From positions 1-64,000 of the forward strand of contig QPGO01000201.1 in the NCBI GenBank assembly GCA_008632985.1: a DNA stretch of 64,000 nt. Direction: 5' to 3'. Source of the stretch: Psammoneis japonica (lineage: Eukaryota). The translations under genes and the position numbers were made by a program. The notes beneath the pieces were generated by a model, which saw only the letters and a program-made list of their open reading frames with translations, was not told the DNA's origin and made no database searches. Position 1 is the stretch's first letter; each line of letters opens with the position of its first letter. Of the stretch, positions 25,687 through 37,600 are shown piece after piece.

Positions 25687-26887
25687 GACGCGTTCCAGCC
25701 CTGGGTGGGACTCTGTGTGACATTGGGCCCACAGAATTCTGCGTGCGAGCTCCGTAGCACAAGAATTTAATTGATGGGCACATTTGTCTTCAACATCAAA
25801 CAAATGGCCAAGTTTGTGGTGCAATTGTGCCTCTCACCACTCAACGTTTTTGCAAGTGCGCCTGCCCCATGCGATTCTTGAGACATTGCAGAATGGCGCT
25901 GCGACAAAAAATGTCAAAAGTTGTTGGATGGATCGCTCAATGAGACCTGTCGTGCTCGTGGAAATTGGGGTGTAATTCGGGGTGTAATTTGGGGGTGTGA
26001 AAACGCGCATCGCGCGAATTTACACACCAAAATTACACCCATTTTTTGCACGAGTGCGAGAGTGTGAAACTTGGCATCTGCAATTCTGCGAGCAATGATG
26101 TGTGCATTGAACACATGCTCCTGAAAAAATGTTGATGCTCAATCAGGAACAACGCCATGTGTCCATTTTTAATCAACTCATCTGTGCACAAGGTTGAACA
26201 TGCCATTGACGGCATCAAACCACCACGGCGTTTGGCGGCTCCGCTGCGACCTCACACATGTCAAAACACTGTTCTGACAAGCCCAGTCGATGTACAATTA
26301 CGTGATTGACATTGTGTGTCACTGCTGCATCCACATCCAAGGTGCCAGCAACCCCATGACGTGTTTTTCTTCTGAAAAGGTGTGGAGTTGCCATCATTTT
26401 GTTCTCCGTTGACTTCAATCTCATCATTTTTTGCCGTTCTTTCTTTCACAAACACATCACAACAGCTCCCCAGCAACAATTTTTCACATCTCTCATTGAC
26501 TGACATTCATTGTTGATTGTTGGTTGCCATTGTTGTTTGACAATTCTGATGTCATCATCTGCCGTCATGGACGATGATGAGTCTGTTTTCGCACGAAAAA
26601 TTGCAGGCTCGCAGAATTTTTTGCAGGAAAAAAATGCATGCCTCTGGTGGCCTGTTTGTTGGCTGCAATTTTTTTTGAGGGGTGTAAAAACGCGCGACGC
26701 GTGCATTTACACCCCTGATTGCACCCCTCCGCCATGAGTGCGACGGGTCTAAGTGCGCTGTAAAATGACACAAAATGTCAAAAAATCATGTGGAAATCTA
26801 CGTGCACGACATACGACGTGATTCAAAAAACTGTTGATGTCACAGTTCAGCAGTGCGAGGTCCCACCTGCTGGACCTGGGACACGTC
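25687..26887. mobile_element. MITE family A, copy 2, split by a nested TIR element
   Basis: Ends GACGCGTTCCAGCCCTGGGTGGGAC ... GTCCCACCTGCTGGACCTGGGACACGTC. Interior colinear with copy 1 on both sides of the insert. Flanks CGCC/CGGC. Confidence 0.85.
25944..26749. mobile_element. Non-autonomous TIR element B (PIF/Harbinger Tourist-like, TAA-type TSD) nested in MITE A copy 2
   Basis: TIRs GACCTGTCGTGCTCGTGG / CCATGAGTGCGACGGGTC. Flanks TGA (25941-43) and TAA (26750-52). Subterminal GGGGTGTAA/TTACACCC repeats at both ends. Confidence 0.75.
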
Positions 26888-27034
26888 CGGCCCCGTTTGA
26901 AGTGGTGTCAACTTGAGCTGCCCAGCATGATGTGACATTTTCCTGCAGAAACATGGACAAAGATTGGAGGAGAACAAGAAGTTGAGAAAACCAAAAAACA
27001 CATTGAATCAACAGATTCCGTCAAATGCAGTGGA

Positions 27035-27361
27035 GACAGGCTCCAGTCCCAGGTGGGACTCCATGTGACATTGGGCCCGCAGAATTCCACGTGCAAGCTC
27101 CACAGCAAATTTGCACTGCAATGAAAATGCAAATGATTGCCAACAGAAAAAGAGGCAACTTTATGAACACATCTCCTCCTTCATGCTTGGAGCATGAATG
27201 TTGAAAACAGAAAGCCTTCAGCTTCGCAAAACAGGGAGCATGAAACAATTTCGTAAAATGCAACATGCAGAAATGCACCTGCGCGACATGCGACGCAATC
27301 CAAAAAACTGTTGATGTCACAGTGCAGTGGCATGAGGTCCCACCAAGAGCTGGAGCGCGTC
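27035..27361. mobile_element. MITE family A, copy 3 (4-bp TSD TGGA)
   Basis: Ends GACAGGCTCCAGTCCCAGGTGGGAC ... GTCCCACCAAGAGCTGGAGCGCGTC. TGGA at 27031-34 and 27362-65. Ends shared with copy 1; middle differs. Confidence 0.85.
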
Positions 27362-28379
27362 TGGAGCAATTTGATTCACTCATTGAGAATGTGAGATTGA
27401 AGAAACACATTTCGGCTCAAGAGAACATTCTCGTTTGTTTTCATTGTGAGTCAGTTTTTGGGTTGACAACAGCAGGCCCAATGGCATCAACACAACATCC
27501 ACAATGCTCGTTTTCAGCGGTGATGGCCATTGTTGGAGGTGCTCCGTGTTGATGATGTTTGTGGTGGTGGTGGGAGAAATGCAAGAAATGGCCGTTTCCA
27601 CGTGCGCGCTGCTCGCCGCAATGCTGTGCAAGTGCCTGTGCTCCTGATGTGAGTGCCGGTGCTGCGCCCCAGACTGCGCTCTCGTGTGTTTTCTTTTTGC
27701 AGCATGCGCGCACTCTCTCTAAGACATTTTTCTGCTCCCATTGCCCAACCCTGTCCTGCGGACAACACCCACCTGAGAAGTTGCAAAACACTGTTCTGAA
27801 AAGTGCACTCGCTGTCCATCAGCCAAAATGGAAGATTTCTTCAGGCATTTAAAAGAACACAATTAGTCCAAAAGTCATGGTGCAATCAACATCACAGCTC
27901 TGCCTGCAAGGTGCTGGCATGGCCAGTTGCACGGCTGCATTGAACCCAAACATGCGTGACCAACTGCCACAGCCCTGCCCCGGCTGACTCACAGTTTTTA
28001 TCACAAACACAGTCCCACGTGCATTAAATTTGTGCCGTTGGAGTCAGCCCGCATGGCACGGCCGGATCTTCCAAAAAAAATTGAAAATGAAAAAATGGCG
28101 TTCGTCGTTTCATGATGATTTGTGAGTGCAGCATCAGGCAGAGTGGAGGTTGCGTTGTTCACACTGTGCCACATGCAAGCAGTCAAGATGTGCCTTGACA
28201 AATGCAGCACAATCTAAAGAGACCAAGTCGGCATTTCATTGTCTGTGCAGACGTTCCTTGGTTTTGCCGGTGAAAGCATGAGTGTGCTTGTCAAAAACTC
28301 TTTCACTCCAGCAACGGCAGCCTTGTTCGTCCTTGTTTAAAAAAAGTCGAGCAACGCCATCTGTCATCATGCTTGACCT

Positions 28380-31300
28380 TCAAGTCTGACATGGAACGAG
28401 TGCAGAGAACTTGCAGGCAACTACAGCAAGATTTCTCAAAACAATGAGATGAGCAAAATGACACGCGCTTGATTGGTGAGGACCGAAAATGCCATCCCAG
28501 TGCGGCCATGACTCCCAATTGGAAGCAAACCAACCACAGTGTGGACAATGACTCAGCTTGCAAGTCGCCACAACGGCCAATCCCTTGCACATGTTTGAGG
28601 AATTGTTGTGACACTTGAGGTCATCACAAGCTTTGTTCTCGATCGGACCGCACTTGCACAGTTTGCACATTCTCAAGCTGCCCTTGCCACCAACGGCCTT
28701 GGTGTCATTTGATTTGCCGACAGCTTGAGCAAATGCCTTGGCAGCAGCTCCGTCTTCACAAGCATGCCATTTGTGCAACAGCTTGGCTTCCTTGAGAGCC
28801 GCTTCTTCTTGCTTCAATCGAGCTTCCTCATGGACACGTTCAGCAGATTCCACTTTTGCATGACGAGCTTGCCGCTCCACTTTTCGGCGCGTTTGCTCCG
28901 CTTCTGCTTCCGCTGCCTCTGTTGACTTTTTCACTGATGCTTCAAGTTTTTCAATTTCATCCTCCAAAGCTTCCTTTCGAGCTGTTTTGATGTGATGCTT
29001 CATGGAACATTTGGCATCGCATTTACGTTGCGATGCAGGCAGATTCTGTGCCAACACATTCTGCAACAAATCCAACCCCGCCTTCATGCGAGTTGGAGGA
29101 TGCACAAGCTTGAGTGGAAGCAAGGTGCAAGGCTTGACGCTTTGAATTGCAGTGAGAAAGTTGGGGTCTTCTTGCAACGTCGGAGACATCGGACCAAACA
29201 ATGGTTTTGTTGAAGAAACGCCTGCACTGTGGTGAATGCCGAGCAACGTTGATGCGGCTCTTTCACCTGCTGCTGTCTCAATCTTCAGCTGACCACCTTC
29301 GCTGCTCCGTTCTTCTGGCACAAATGTCTCTGCAAACAGAGGTGTTGAAACGGCAGGAGCACCGGCATTCTTCTTGCTCTCATCATCGGCAGCACCGACT
29401 GGCTTTTTCGCTTTGAAAATCTCACTGAGAGATGCTTCTTTTGCTTTGCTGCGACTCTTGACAGTGGAGTTGGTCGCTTTAGATGCATGGTTGCGTCCAT
29501 TTGTCCTTTTCCAATCAGTCCAACTGCTGCGAATGGTGCATGCTTTCCTCAACAACGCCGTGACTTCCTCAACGTCGGCCAAAGAAAAGGCTGGCCCACC
29601 CGCAGTGGGTGCGCTGCTCCTCGTTGGATCATCAATGACTGAAGCAGCTGCTCTTCGTTTCGCATTGGCAAGTTGTGCCTTTGCATCAGTCAAATTTCTT
29701 TGTGCAGTTTCAAGACAATGCATTGTCTGGAAGACTTCCTGGGTGTGGACTGGTTCTTTGCCTTTGTTGTGTGGTGTCGGCCCACCCAAGATTTCATCAT
29801 GCTGGGCTTGAACAACTTCAGTTCGAATCCCCCACTCTTTGATGGCTCGTTTCTCATCTTCAAGCTGTTTGGAGTGCTGCAGCTGAATTTCCAATCTGCT
29901 TCTTTCTCCAAGCAGCCTTTGAATGTTGTGCTCAAGCTCAAGTGTGGCTGGCCCAAATTCGTTGTCAGCCCACACTTTTTCCTGCAAGTCTTGGAACGCA
30001 ATGACTCCTTGAGCAATGTCGCGAATGCAGGGCTGGAGGCGCTCCCTCAGGATGAACGCTCTTGTGTTGCCCATTGATCCTTCTCTGGGCATCACATCAA
30101 CTGTCTGCATGATGCACTTGGCGCAGACTCTGTGAAGTTCCTTTGAGCGTGTTGCTGCAAAGTCGGAAACTTCAAACTCAACACATCTTTTGCATGCCAT
30201 TCTTGTGCAGCGAGTGCGCGACAAGGTGGCATCCGATGTCAACCTCATCTTGCAGCATGCTGCCTGACAATGACAGTCCGTGCTGCCGCTGGACTGCTGC
30301 TGCGTGGTGTTCTTGCACAAGGCCAGGGAAACACCAAGGTCCAAGTCCGACAGGAGCTGGTCATTGCTTCTTTCATGTCGCACCATTTCATGTGAGACAG
30401 CTGCGGCATTCGGAGAAGGCATCTCATTGGCAGCCGCTTCTTCCTCTTTTGCTCTGCGTTCCCAAGCTTCCTCTTGGTTCTGAGCCATTTGACGGCGGGC
30501 CTCCTTTTCCTTGCATTCCCTCACAGCCCGTTGGCGATCATTTTTTTTCTTCTTGTGATGCCGGTCATTCCACTCAGACCTTTCCTCTGCTGACATGGGC
30601 AGAACGTTGGCCTCAGCCAGACTGACAATCTGCTTTTTGACAAAGCAGCCAGGAATGAGAAGGTCGGAGACAACCTGTTGAGTCACAGGGCAAGTGAGCT
30701 CGATTTCAGAACACGGTCTCGAGCAGCTCATGCTGCGATCATCTTCTTCTCCTTCCTGTGGTCCCTCACGTTCTTCTTGAACTCGCAAATCTTCTTCTTC
30801 GCGATGCAAATCAAAGTGTTGCTCAATCACTGTTTGACCACGCGCAATCCCGGAAGCACAAACTGCAGGGTCCACCATGACAAAATGCACCGTTGGGTCT
30901 TGGAACATGTCCATCTCGAACACTCTCAAGGGGGGTGCTCCAGCTCCAGTCGCGCCATCTGTGCTGTTTCGGAATGCTTCCCCATCGCACTCTTTGTCAT
31001 TGCCAGGCTTTGTCTTGGAGGAGGAGTCCAACTTTTCTGCTGCTTGTCTGTTGCCTTGAGAAGGGATCAAGGTTGCAGGTGGCTTGGTCATTGAATTGTG
31101 CCCGTTGGAATGGGTCGCTTTAGACAAGGATTTGTTCACGTTCGTGGGCAATTGGCTCTGGGTGTTTATGGCAGGTTGGTCATTTCCTTGAAGAGGGGTG
31201 AAGGTTGCAGGTGCTGCACTGTTCTCATTGGAATGGGGACCTGTTGAACTGCATTCATTCACCTCCGTGGACGCTTGGCTCTTGGGGTTTCTAGCTGCTT

Positions 31301-32222
31301 CATGACTGCCACTGGCAGCTGGTGCTTTGGAGCGAGGCTCTCGTGACGATGCTTTGGTGTCGTCTGCATCAGGATGAAAGGGGTTCACTTTTCTTCCGTC
31401 GATCCATCGGAGTGGACCACGGTTTCGTGAATGCTTTGCTGCATCCACAATGCCACTGCGGCGGGCCGTCGTCGCTGTTGTTTCAACCCATTCCTCAGCC
31501 ACTGCAATGGGAGTGGCTTCAAAACAGTTGTCCATGTGAGTCTGCCAAGTGTCCGCTGCATGCTTTGGAAATTTACACATCAACGCCAGTGCAAGGGCCG
31601 CAGTCGACTGGCACTTGACAATGCGTGCTGCCCTGGGCTGTGAACGGCTCTCGCCACAGCTGTCAATCACACACCACTTGTTTTGACTGCACCCAAAGCA
31701 CAGCACAGCATCGGATGCGTTTGCACTTCTAACAACAACAGCCACCCTCTCTTTGGGCACTTTCCCGAAATGCCCAATCCCAGTTCCACTTTGAACAAGT
31801 GGTCCGCGTTCGAGACCGTCAACTTCGTAGAAGAAATCACTCGGCCGCAGTTCTTCAACAGTCGATTGACCACGGCATGCCCACCCATGTCTTTTCACCC
31901 CCCAGGCAATCGCAAGATCAAGGAGGGCCGGGTTGATCAATGATTCAACAATGTCAAGCGTGACGTCTTGTGGATTGGAGTGAAGGAGATGAGAAGCTGC
32001 GATGGAGCAAAATGCCACAGACGATTCACTTCCTCCTTCAAAATCGCACCGGGACTTGGCTCCACAAAGCACTGTGGCACCGTGCGATTCAACGTTTTCA
32101 ATGACGGCATGGGTGAGTTTCGAATTGCTGCTTCTGCACCCTGTTCCAGATGTGTGGTGCTTTGCTCGAGCCACTCGTCTTCGCTGTCTCCCAGGTTGTG
32201 CAGTCTGCATGAAAGCCAGCAC
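28380..32222 (-). pseudogene. 1280-codon hypermutated ORF (coiled coils, Cys clusters, C-terminal RBR/IBR-like zinc module); possible TE passenger gene
   Basis: Uninterrupted frame with E/K/A-rich coiled coils and C-terminal MCKLCKCGPIENKACDDLKCH...CPHCGWFASNWESWPHWDG. Apparently only one Tyr; TpA nearly absent. Confidence 0.6.
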
Positions 32223-33018
32223 ATTGAGTCAGGACAAGTCATCCGTTCGAGTGTAAGATTGAAAATGAGGAGCACTGGAGATGCCATGATGGTTCTTGGC
32301 AGGAACTTGCTGCGCAGCCCGACTGCAGCGGCGAGGTTGCGAGAGAAGCATGGCGAAGCTGCTGTTTCGTTCTGATCATCATGATTTGCTCTGTGTGATG
32401 GTTCACACACAGGAGTGTAAATGTTGTGTGCTTTTGCGGCAGTTTATTTCAGAACTTGCGGGAACTAACATTAGCGAGCGTGGTGTGTCACTGAAGTTTT
32501 GGTGCATTCATTCGGCACCATAGTTTTGGTCCACGCCCATCACTGTGGCCACGCTGACCGACTGCTTCGATTGATCTTCTTTCGTGCTTGGTCGGCGGTA
32601 ACCTTACCGGTGTGTGTGACACTCATCTCCATCGCCCTCAATGCTGGAAAAAGACGTGCACGCAACGGAAATTCGAAATGTATACATGTGCGTTAAAAAT
32701 TATATGTAGAGTTTAATTGTATATTTAAAAATGTTCTTGGAACGCAGGAACTATCAAATTTATTGATCAGTGTTTCCGTTGACTTAACCTGCAATTTTCA
32801 ATTTGCCAATTGCATCTCCCAAAGAAGCCGGCCGGACCTCCCAAGCCGGGAGTGAGCCGGCCGGACTGACCCACGCCCCGCCAGCACCACAACGATCATG
32901 CCACTCCCAAGACGCATCATCAACGTTCACCGCCAATCGCCGATAAAATTATTGTGACAACACATCGATTCTTGTTGCACCTGTAATCAACACAACTTCT
33001 TCTCTTGATACCTACACC

Positions 33019-34236
33019 ATGCCTTCCAGTGTGATGAATGAAGAATCGCTGAGAAAGCATTTCAAGTTTCGAAAGAGGCTTTTGCAAGAAGTCAGCGATG
33101 AGAAACAAGAATCTGAAATCAAAGCCCTTCGCGAAAATGATCAGATGCTTCTCGCGTATTGTATGGCACGCCTTTCCGCTCAAAAGAAGGAACCTTCAGA
33201 GCTGTCTCTAGAGGACGAACACAAGCTCCGTGCGGTCCATGGCGACACGAAAAAGAAAGCTCTTGTTGAAAAGAAAGCTGTTTCTTTGACAAAGAGTAGC
33301 ACAAATGATGCTAAGCGTACTTCTACAGAATACAAGAATACATCGAAATCAGTAGAGAAGAAGACCCCGAAAGCTAATAAGTCCATCACAACGAGACTTC
33401 GGGCTGCAATCATGTTTGATTTGCGATACTCAGTTCCCGGAATGTTTGGTATGATTGTGTACTGCCTCTCTCACATGTTCTGCTACGATCTCTTTTGGAC
33501 ATTTATTGCCGAGCCGACCAGAAACTTCAATCACGATGATCTTATCAACATCACAGCACTCTTGATGGGATTTCTCATTTCCAGGTTATCAGGAGGATCG
33601 TTGCTATGGACAAGCGATGAACGTCAAGAAGAGCTCGAACAACTGAAAAACAAGGAGAATGATGGCTTCAGGATGCTCAACATCTTCAAAAAGCATCGGC
33701 GTCTCCGGGAATTGTCTTCCGTTGTATACATGTATTTGGTATACGCAAGCGTTGGATACTTTTATCAGCGTTACGTGGTTGCTGTGGTGGACGATACACG
33801 GAGCATTCGAGCGGGCCTTCCGAGTGCTAAACACGGCGTTAATACCTATGTTTCAGATTTATTGTTGACGTCGGAATCCGCTCCCAACAAAAAAATGGCA
33901 TGGCACAGGCAGTTGCAAATGTTTGGCCTGTTTGATGACACTGGTCCTGACGATGAGTTTGGCCATTATGCTCTCCTGGACGAAACTACTTGCGAAAGTG
34001 GTTTCGATGCCTCAGCAGGAACATGCACTAACAAGACGTTTGTAAAAAGCCTTACGCACGAAGACGAGAAATGGCTCTACTCCCATGTGAGTCTCAGTAC
34101 CTTTTATTCGCTAATGGGCGAGGCTGAGGCGCCAGTGGTCACTCCCATGGGGTCCTTTGTACTTTATTTGGTTGGGTCCGTTGCGGGACTCTTATTTCTG
34201 GAAAAGATGGGGCTCCCATTCTGGGACGACGAATAA
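33019..34236 (+). CDS. Hypothetical multi-pass membrane protein
   Basis: 405-aa ORF with charged N-terminus, about four hydrophobic segments and normal Tyr content. Confidence 0.75.
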   Translation: MPSSVMNEESLRKHFKFRKRLLQEVSDEKQESEIKALRENDQMLLAYCMARLSAQKKEPSELSLEDEHKLRAVHGDTKKKALVEKKAVSLTKSSTNDAKRTSTEYKNTSKSVEKKTPKANKSITTRLRAAIMFDLRYSVPGMFGMIVYCLSHMFCYDLFWTFIAEPTRNFNHDDLINITALLMGFLISRLSGGSLLWTSDERQEELEQLKNKENDGFRMLNIFKKHRRLRELSSVVYMYLVYASVGYFYQRYVVAVVDDTRSIRAGLPSAKHGVNTYVSDLLLTSESAPNKKMAWHRQLQMFGLFDDTGPDDEFGHYALLDETTCESGFDASAGTCTNKTFVKSLTHEDEKWLYSHVSLSTFYSLMGEAEAPVVTPMGSFVLYLVGSVAGLLFLEKMGLPFWDDE

Positions 34237-34649
34237 ATTCCTTCATAACGTATCACCGTGGTGGCGTATTATGCTTGCACTGTTTTAGCGAGCGTTGTCG
34301 TTGAGGCTTGAATGTTTGCGGTATAGAACTATATTCCCCGGTTCGAGTAAAACTAAAGAGCTTTGTTTGTGCGCCTTTCCAACTGACCATGTTAGTGCTA
34401 AGGAAGAGTCCGGATGTTTGCTTTGCTGCTCCCAAAAGGACTGTGCTACCTTTATCATCATCACAGGCTAGCGAGTACACTCGAGCATGTGGAGAAGAAA
34501 GCTTGGCCGCTGAAGTAACGACTGTCGGAGGTCACAGATTTTTCGTGGAGCTGAAAGTGTGATTTTGAGCACCTCGACACTCCATCCCGACCAAGATCGA
34601 AAGGCACCGACTTCGAATCGGGACCGAAGTCCATCTTGTGCACACAGGA

Positions 34650-37600
34650 GTTAAGTGAAATGGAAGATAGAAAAGGAGAAATGAGAAGATAGAAGAGGAG
34701 AAATCAGTTCAAAGGAGCAGAGATTTGGCAAGATTGATTTGACAAGAAGGAGAAGAGAGAACAAGTGGAACAGATCACAATTTGTGGTGAAAGGGTGATT
34801 TGAAAAATGCAGGTTCGCATTTTGCAGTGCCATGGACTGAGAGTCAGCAACTTTGGCAACTGGATTGCACAACATGACATGCATTAACAGTTTGTGAAAA
34901 TGACCCACCTGAGAGCAAGAGACCATGTTCTTTGTCCAGGAGCATCAGCAAGAGAGAGAAGATTTTGTCATTTTCTTCACAAAGCTGATGTTGCTGGAGA
35001 AAACACTCATGGGCAAATGGGGGGTTGCAGTCATGAAGCAACTGTCATTGACATTGGTGACAAGCTCAGCAAGAATTCAGATTGTGTCAGCAGAAAGAAA
35101 ACAGTCACTCAGGTGCTGATGGTTGGTGCCAAAGGAGTTGAAGTCACAAAAGAAGCACACAAGCTCAGCTGGCACAAAATCAAACAACACAAGACATTTG
35201 GGAGAGTGCCCACACTGTGGGCCAACATGACTGTGGCAGCAAGCAGCACTGGTGGAGAAAGTGGCAGCCAGCTTTTAAGATTGAGAAATGGTTGAAAAAA
35301 GATCGCTCAGAACAGGAGGACATCACAGATGACTGTCAAGACTTCTGCGCATGGCTGGAGGAGTTGTGCGTGCTCTCCAGCACACTCAAGCAGCGGGAGA
35401 CATGTCAATGCCATGCTGACAAAGAGATCAAACTGGAGCACAAGTGCCGTGAACCATGGCACAAGTGCAGTGAGCCAGAGTTGAAAAATCAAGGACCAAA
35501 GTTAGAGAACTTTTGTCAAAAATGGCCAGAAGGACATGGGGCTGTGTGGTGAGACCATTGCTTCCCCCATGGATGGGTGCAAGACTTTCAAGAAGAAGTG
35601 CAGAGAGAAAGGGAGTGGAGGGTGGGTGGACCACCTGCAGGCTCCAGGTTCAAAAAAATCAATGAGAGCACAAAAAAACCCCTTGCCATGCAGGCCAGTG
35701 GGAGCAAGCACATGTTCTGGGCAAGTGTGAAAAAATGCTGTGAGAAGGGCCACAAAGCCAACAAGAATAACAGCAGCAAGTGTTGTGGCTGAAGAAGTCT
35801 GAGTGTGACTGCCACAAGTGCTGCAAATGGAGAGACTCAAGGCAAAAAATTGCTGGAGCAAGAGAAAGAAAAATGACCATGACAAAAGAAGTCAAACAAG
35901 GTGGCTTTGTGAATCTTTGAGGTTGAGGACAAGATTGAGGAGTGAGGCAAAATGGTGCCTCAATTTCTTTCTTGAATGGGTCAGATTGGAAGCACATTCT
36001 CAAGTCAAGAAGAACGACACTTCCAAAGTCAAGCTGGGGTGGTTGGTGTGTGGCAGCTCTTTTTCATGCTGTGCTTTGAAGAGAGTGCAGTTTTGGCGAG
36101 TGTGCATCTCATGCACTGTCATGGTGTGAATGGTGTGAAATGTCAGAAGAGAGTGCGCATGACAGAACAGGCTCAAAAATGTTCTTGACTCACTTGACAA
36201 GAAAGAAATTGACCATGATGACAACACACCATTGCCAGCCAGCTGCGCTTCTAGCTGCTGCTTGCTCCAACAATGGCAATGCAAAGGACAGCTGCAAGCT
36301 CATGTGTTTGTCACAACAAAATCCAAGTTGCAATGCCGGAGGTCATTGTTGAGAAACAGCACACACAGATTTGTCCAACACCTGTTCAACTGATGACAAG
36401 GAAGAAGTTTTGAACATTGAACTTCTTTGGTCATTGTCAATCAGATTCAGATGGCACGCCAGCTCTGTGGCACCTGATTTGCCAGGTGGAATGGGAAAAA
36501 ATGGCAAGACTCTGTCACCAGGATCTGGATGCATGGCTCACATCAAGTGCACACTGGAGGGCATGAGGAACCTTTGAGAAGCAAACAAAGAGATTGCACT
36601 TGCATGAACAAGCCAAATCTGGGAAACTGTGCAGTGATTGCAGAGATGTGCACTCAGCCAAATCGTTTTCCACCAAAAGACCTCATGTGAAGCAGGAGGA
36701 CTTCATTGAGCTCAAAGCAAAAGGCTGGATGACCAAGTGAAATGAGCTCAAGGCCAAGCTTCAAGATGAGGCCAAGGAAATGCAAGATGGGAGCACCATG
36801 CTGTTCAGCATTGCTCTGGCAATGTTCACGTCACACCAAAGTCTCTGCCAGCTGCAGTGTGTTCAGTCTTGATGGCAATGCTTGCAAAAGCCCAATGTTG
36901 CACAAGCAGATGATGTTTGTGACAACAACTCAGCTCTGGGCAATGTCCCCCCCCCCGATGTGTCATTTTCCTGGCAGGTGACAATGGCAAAGATGTGGAC
37001 AGCACTGGCTCACAAATTGAGGAAAATGGGAGAGCCCAAGACAACACAGATGACTCTGGTCTTGGGAGTGTGGTGATGGGTGATGATGACATGGGTTGAG
37101 ACACACAAGTGCAGGTCAGCTGAGTCAGGAGGTGCAATGTGGTGGAGCACATGGCAACGCAATGCCAGAGCACAAGTCAAAAGCAACAAACATGCACAAT
37201 CTCCAGTGCACAGGCTTTGGCCAAGCAAGAAGACAAACTTGAGAGGAGACTGATGTCGCTGAGGCCAAGGAAGTCAATGTGGTGCTTGGATGCACCAACC
37301 CATTGAAAATGACAGAGAGGCAATGTTGCACAGAAACAAAAAGACAAACAAGGGCAAAAAACTTGAAAAAAGAGTGCAAAACGAGTTTTTGACCAAGTGA
37401 CTGGATTGTAAAGAGAAAAGCAGAAAGACTTGAAAGAAGCTAAAAAGTGAGTGTGCTCTTGCCTGTCAAGGAGAACGTGTGCACAAAAGAAGAGAGACTG
37501 CATGCTGTTAGAAAGAAGCCAAGATGATGCTGAGTTTGTTGCAATGAGCTGTTTGCTCCAGCACCTGCAGCCCAAAAGTGCAGCACTGGGCAGTTTTGTT

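Noticed and set aside
18200..32400. Alternative genetic code or a foreign (viral/contaminant) insert explaining Tyr-free ORFs
   Set aside because: TpA is missing in all frames and in non-coding parts, and a host-gene duplicate shows the same change, so it is mutational rather than a code difference.
32815..32870. GC-rich AGCCGGCCGGAC direct repeat with a small hairpin as a Helitron 3' end
   Set aside because: No CTRR terminus follows, and it lies in the promoter region of the next gene, outside the TA-depleted block.
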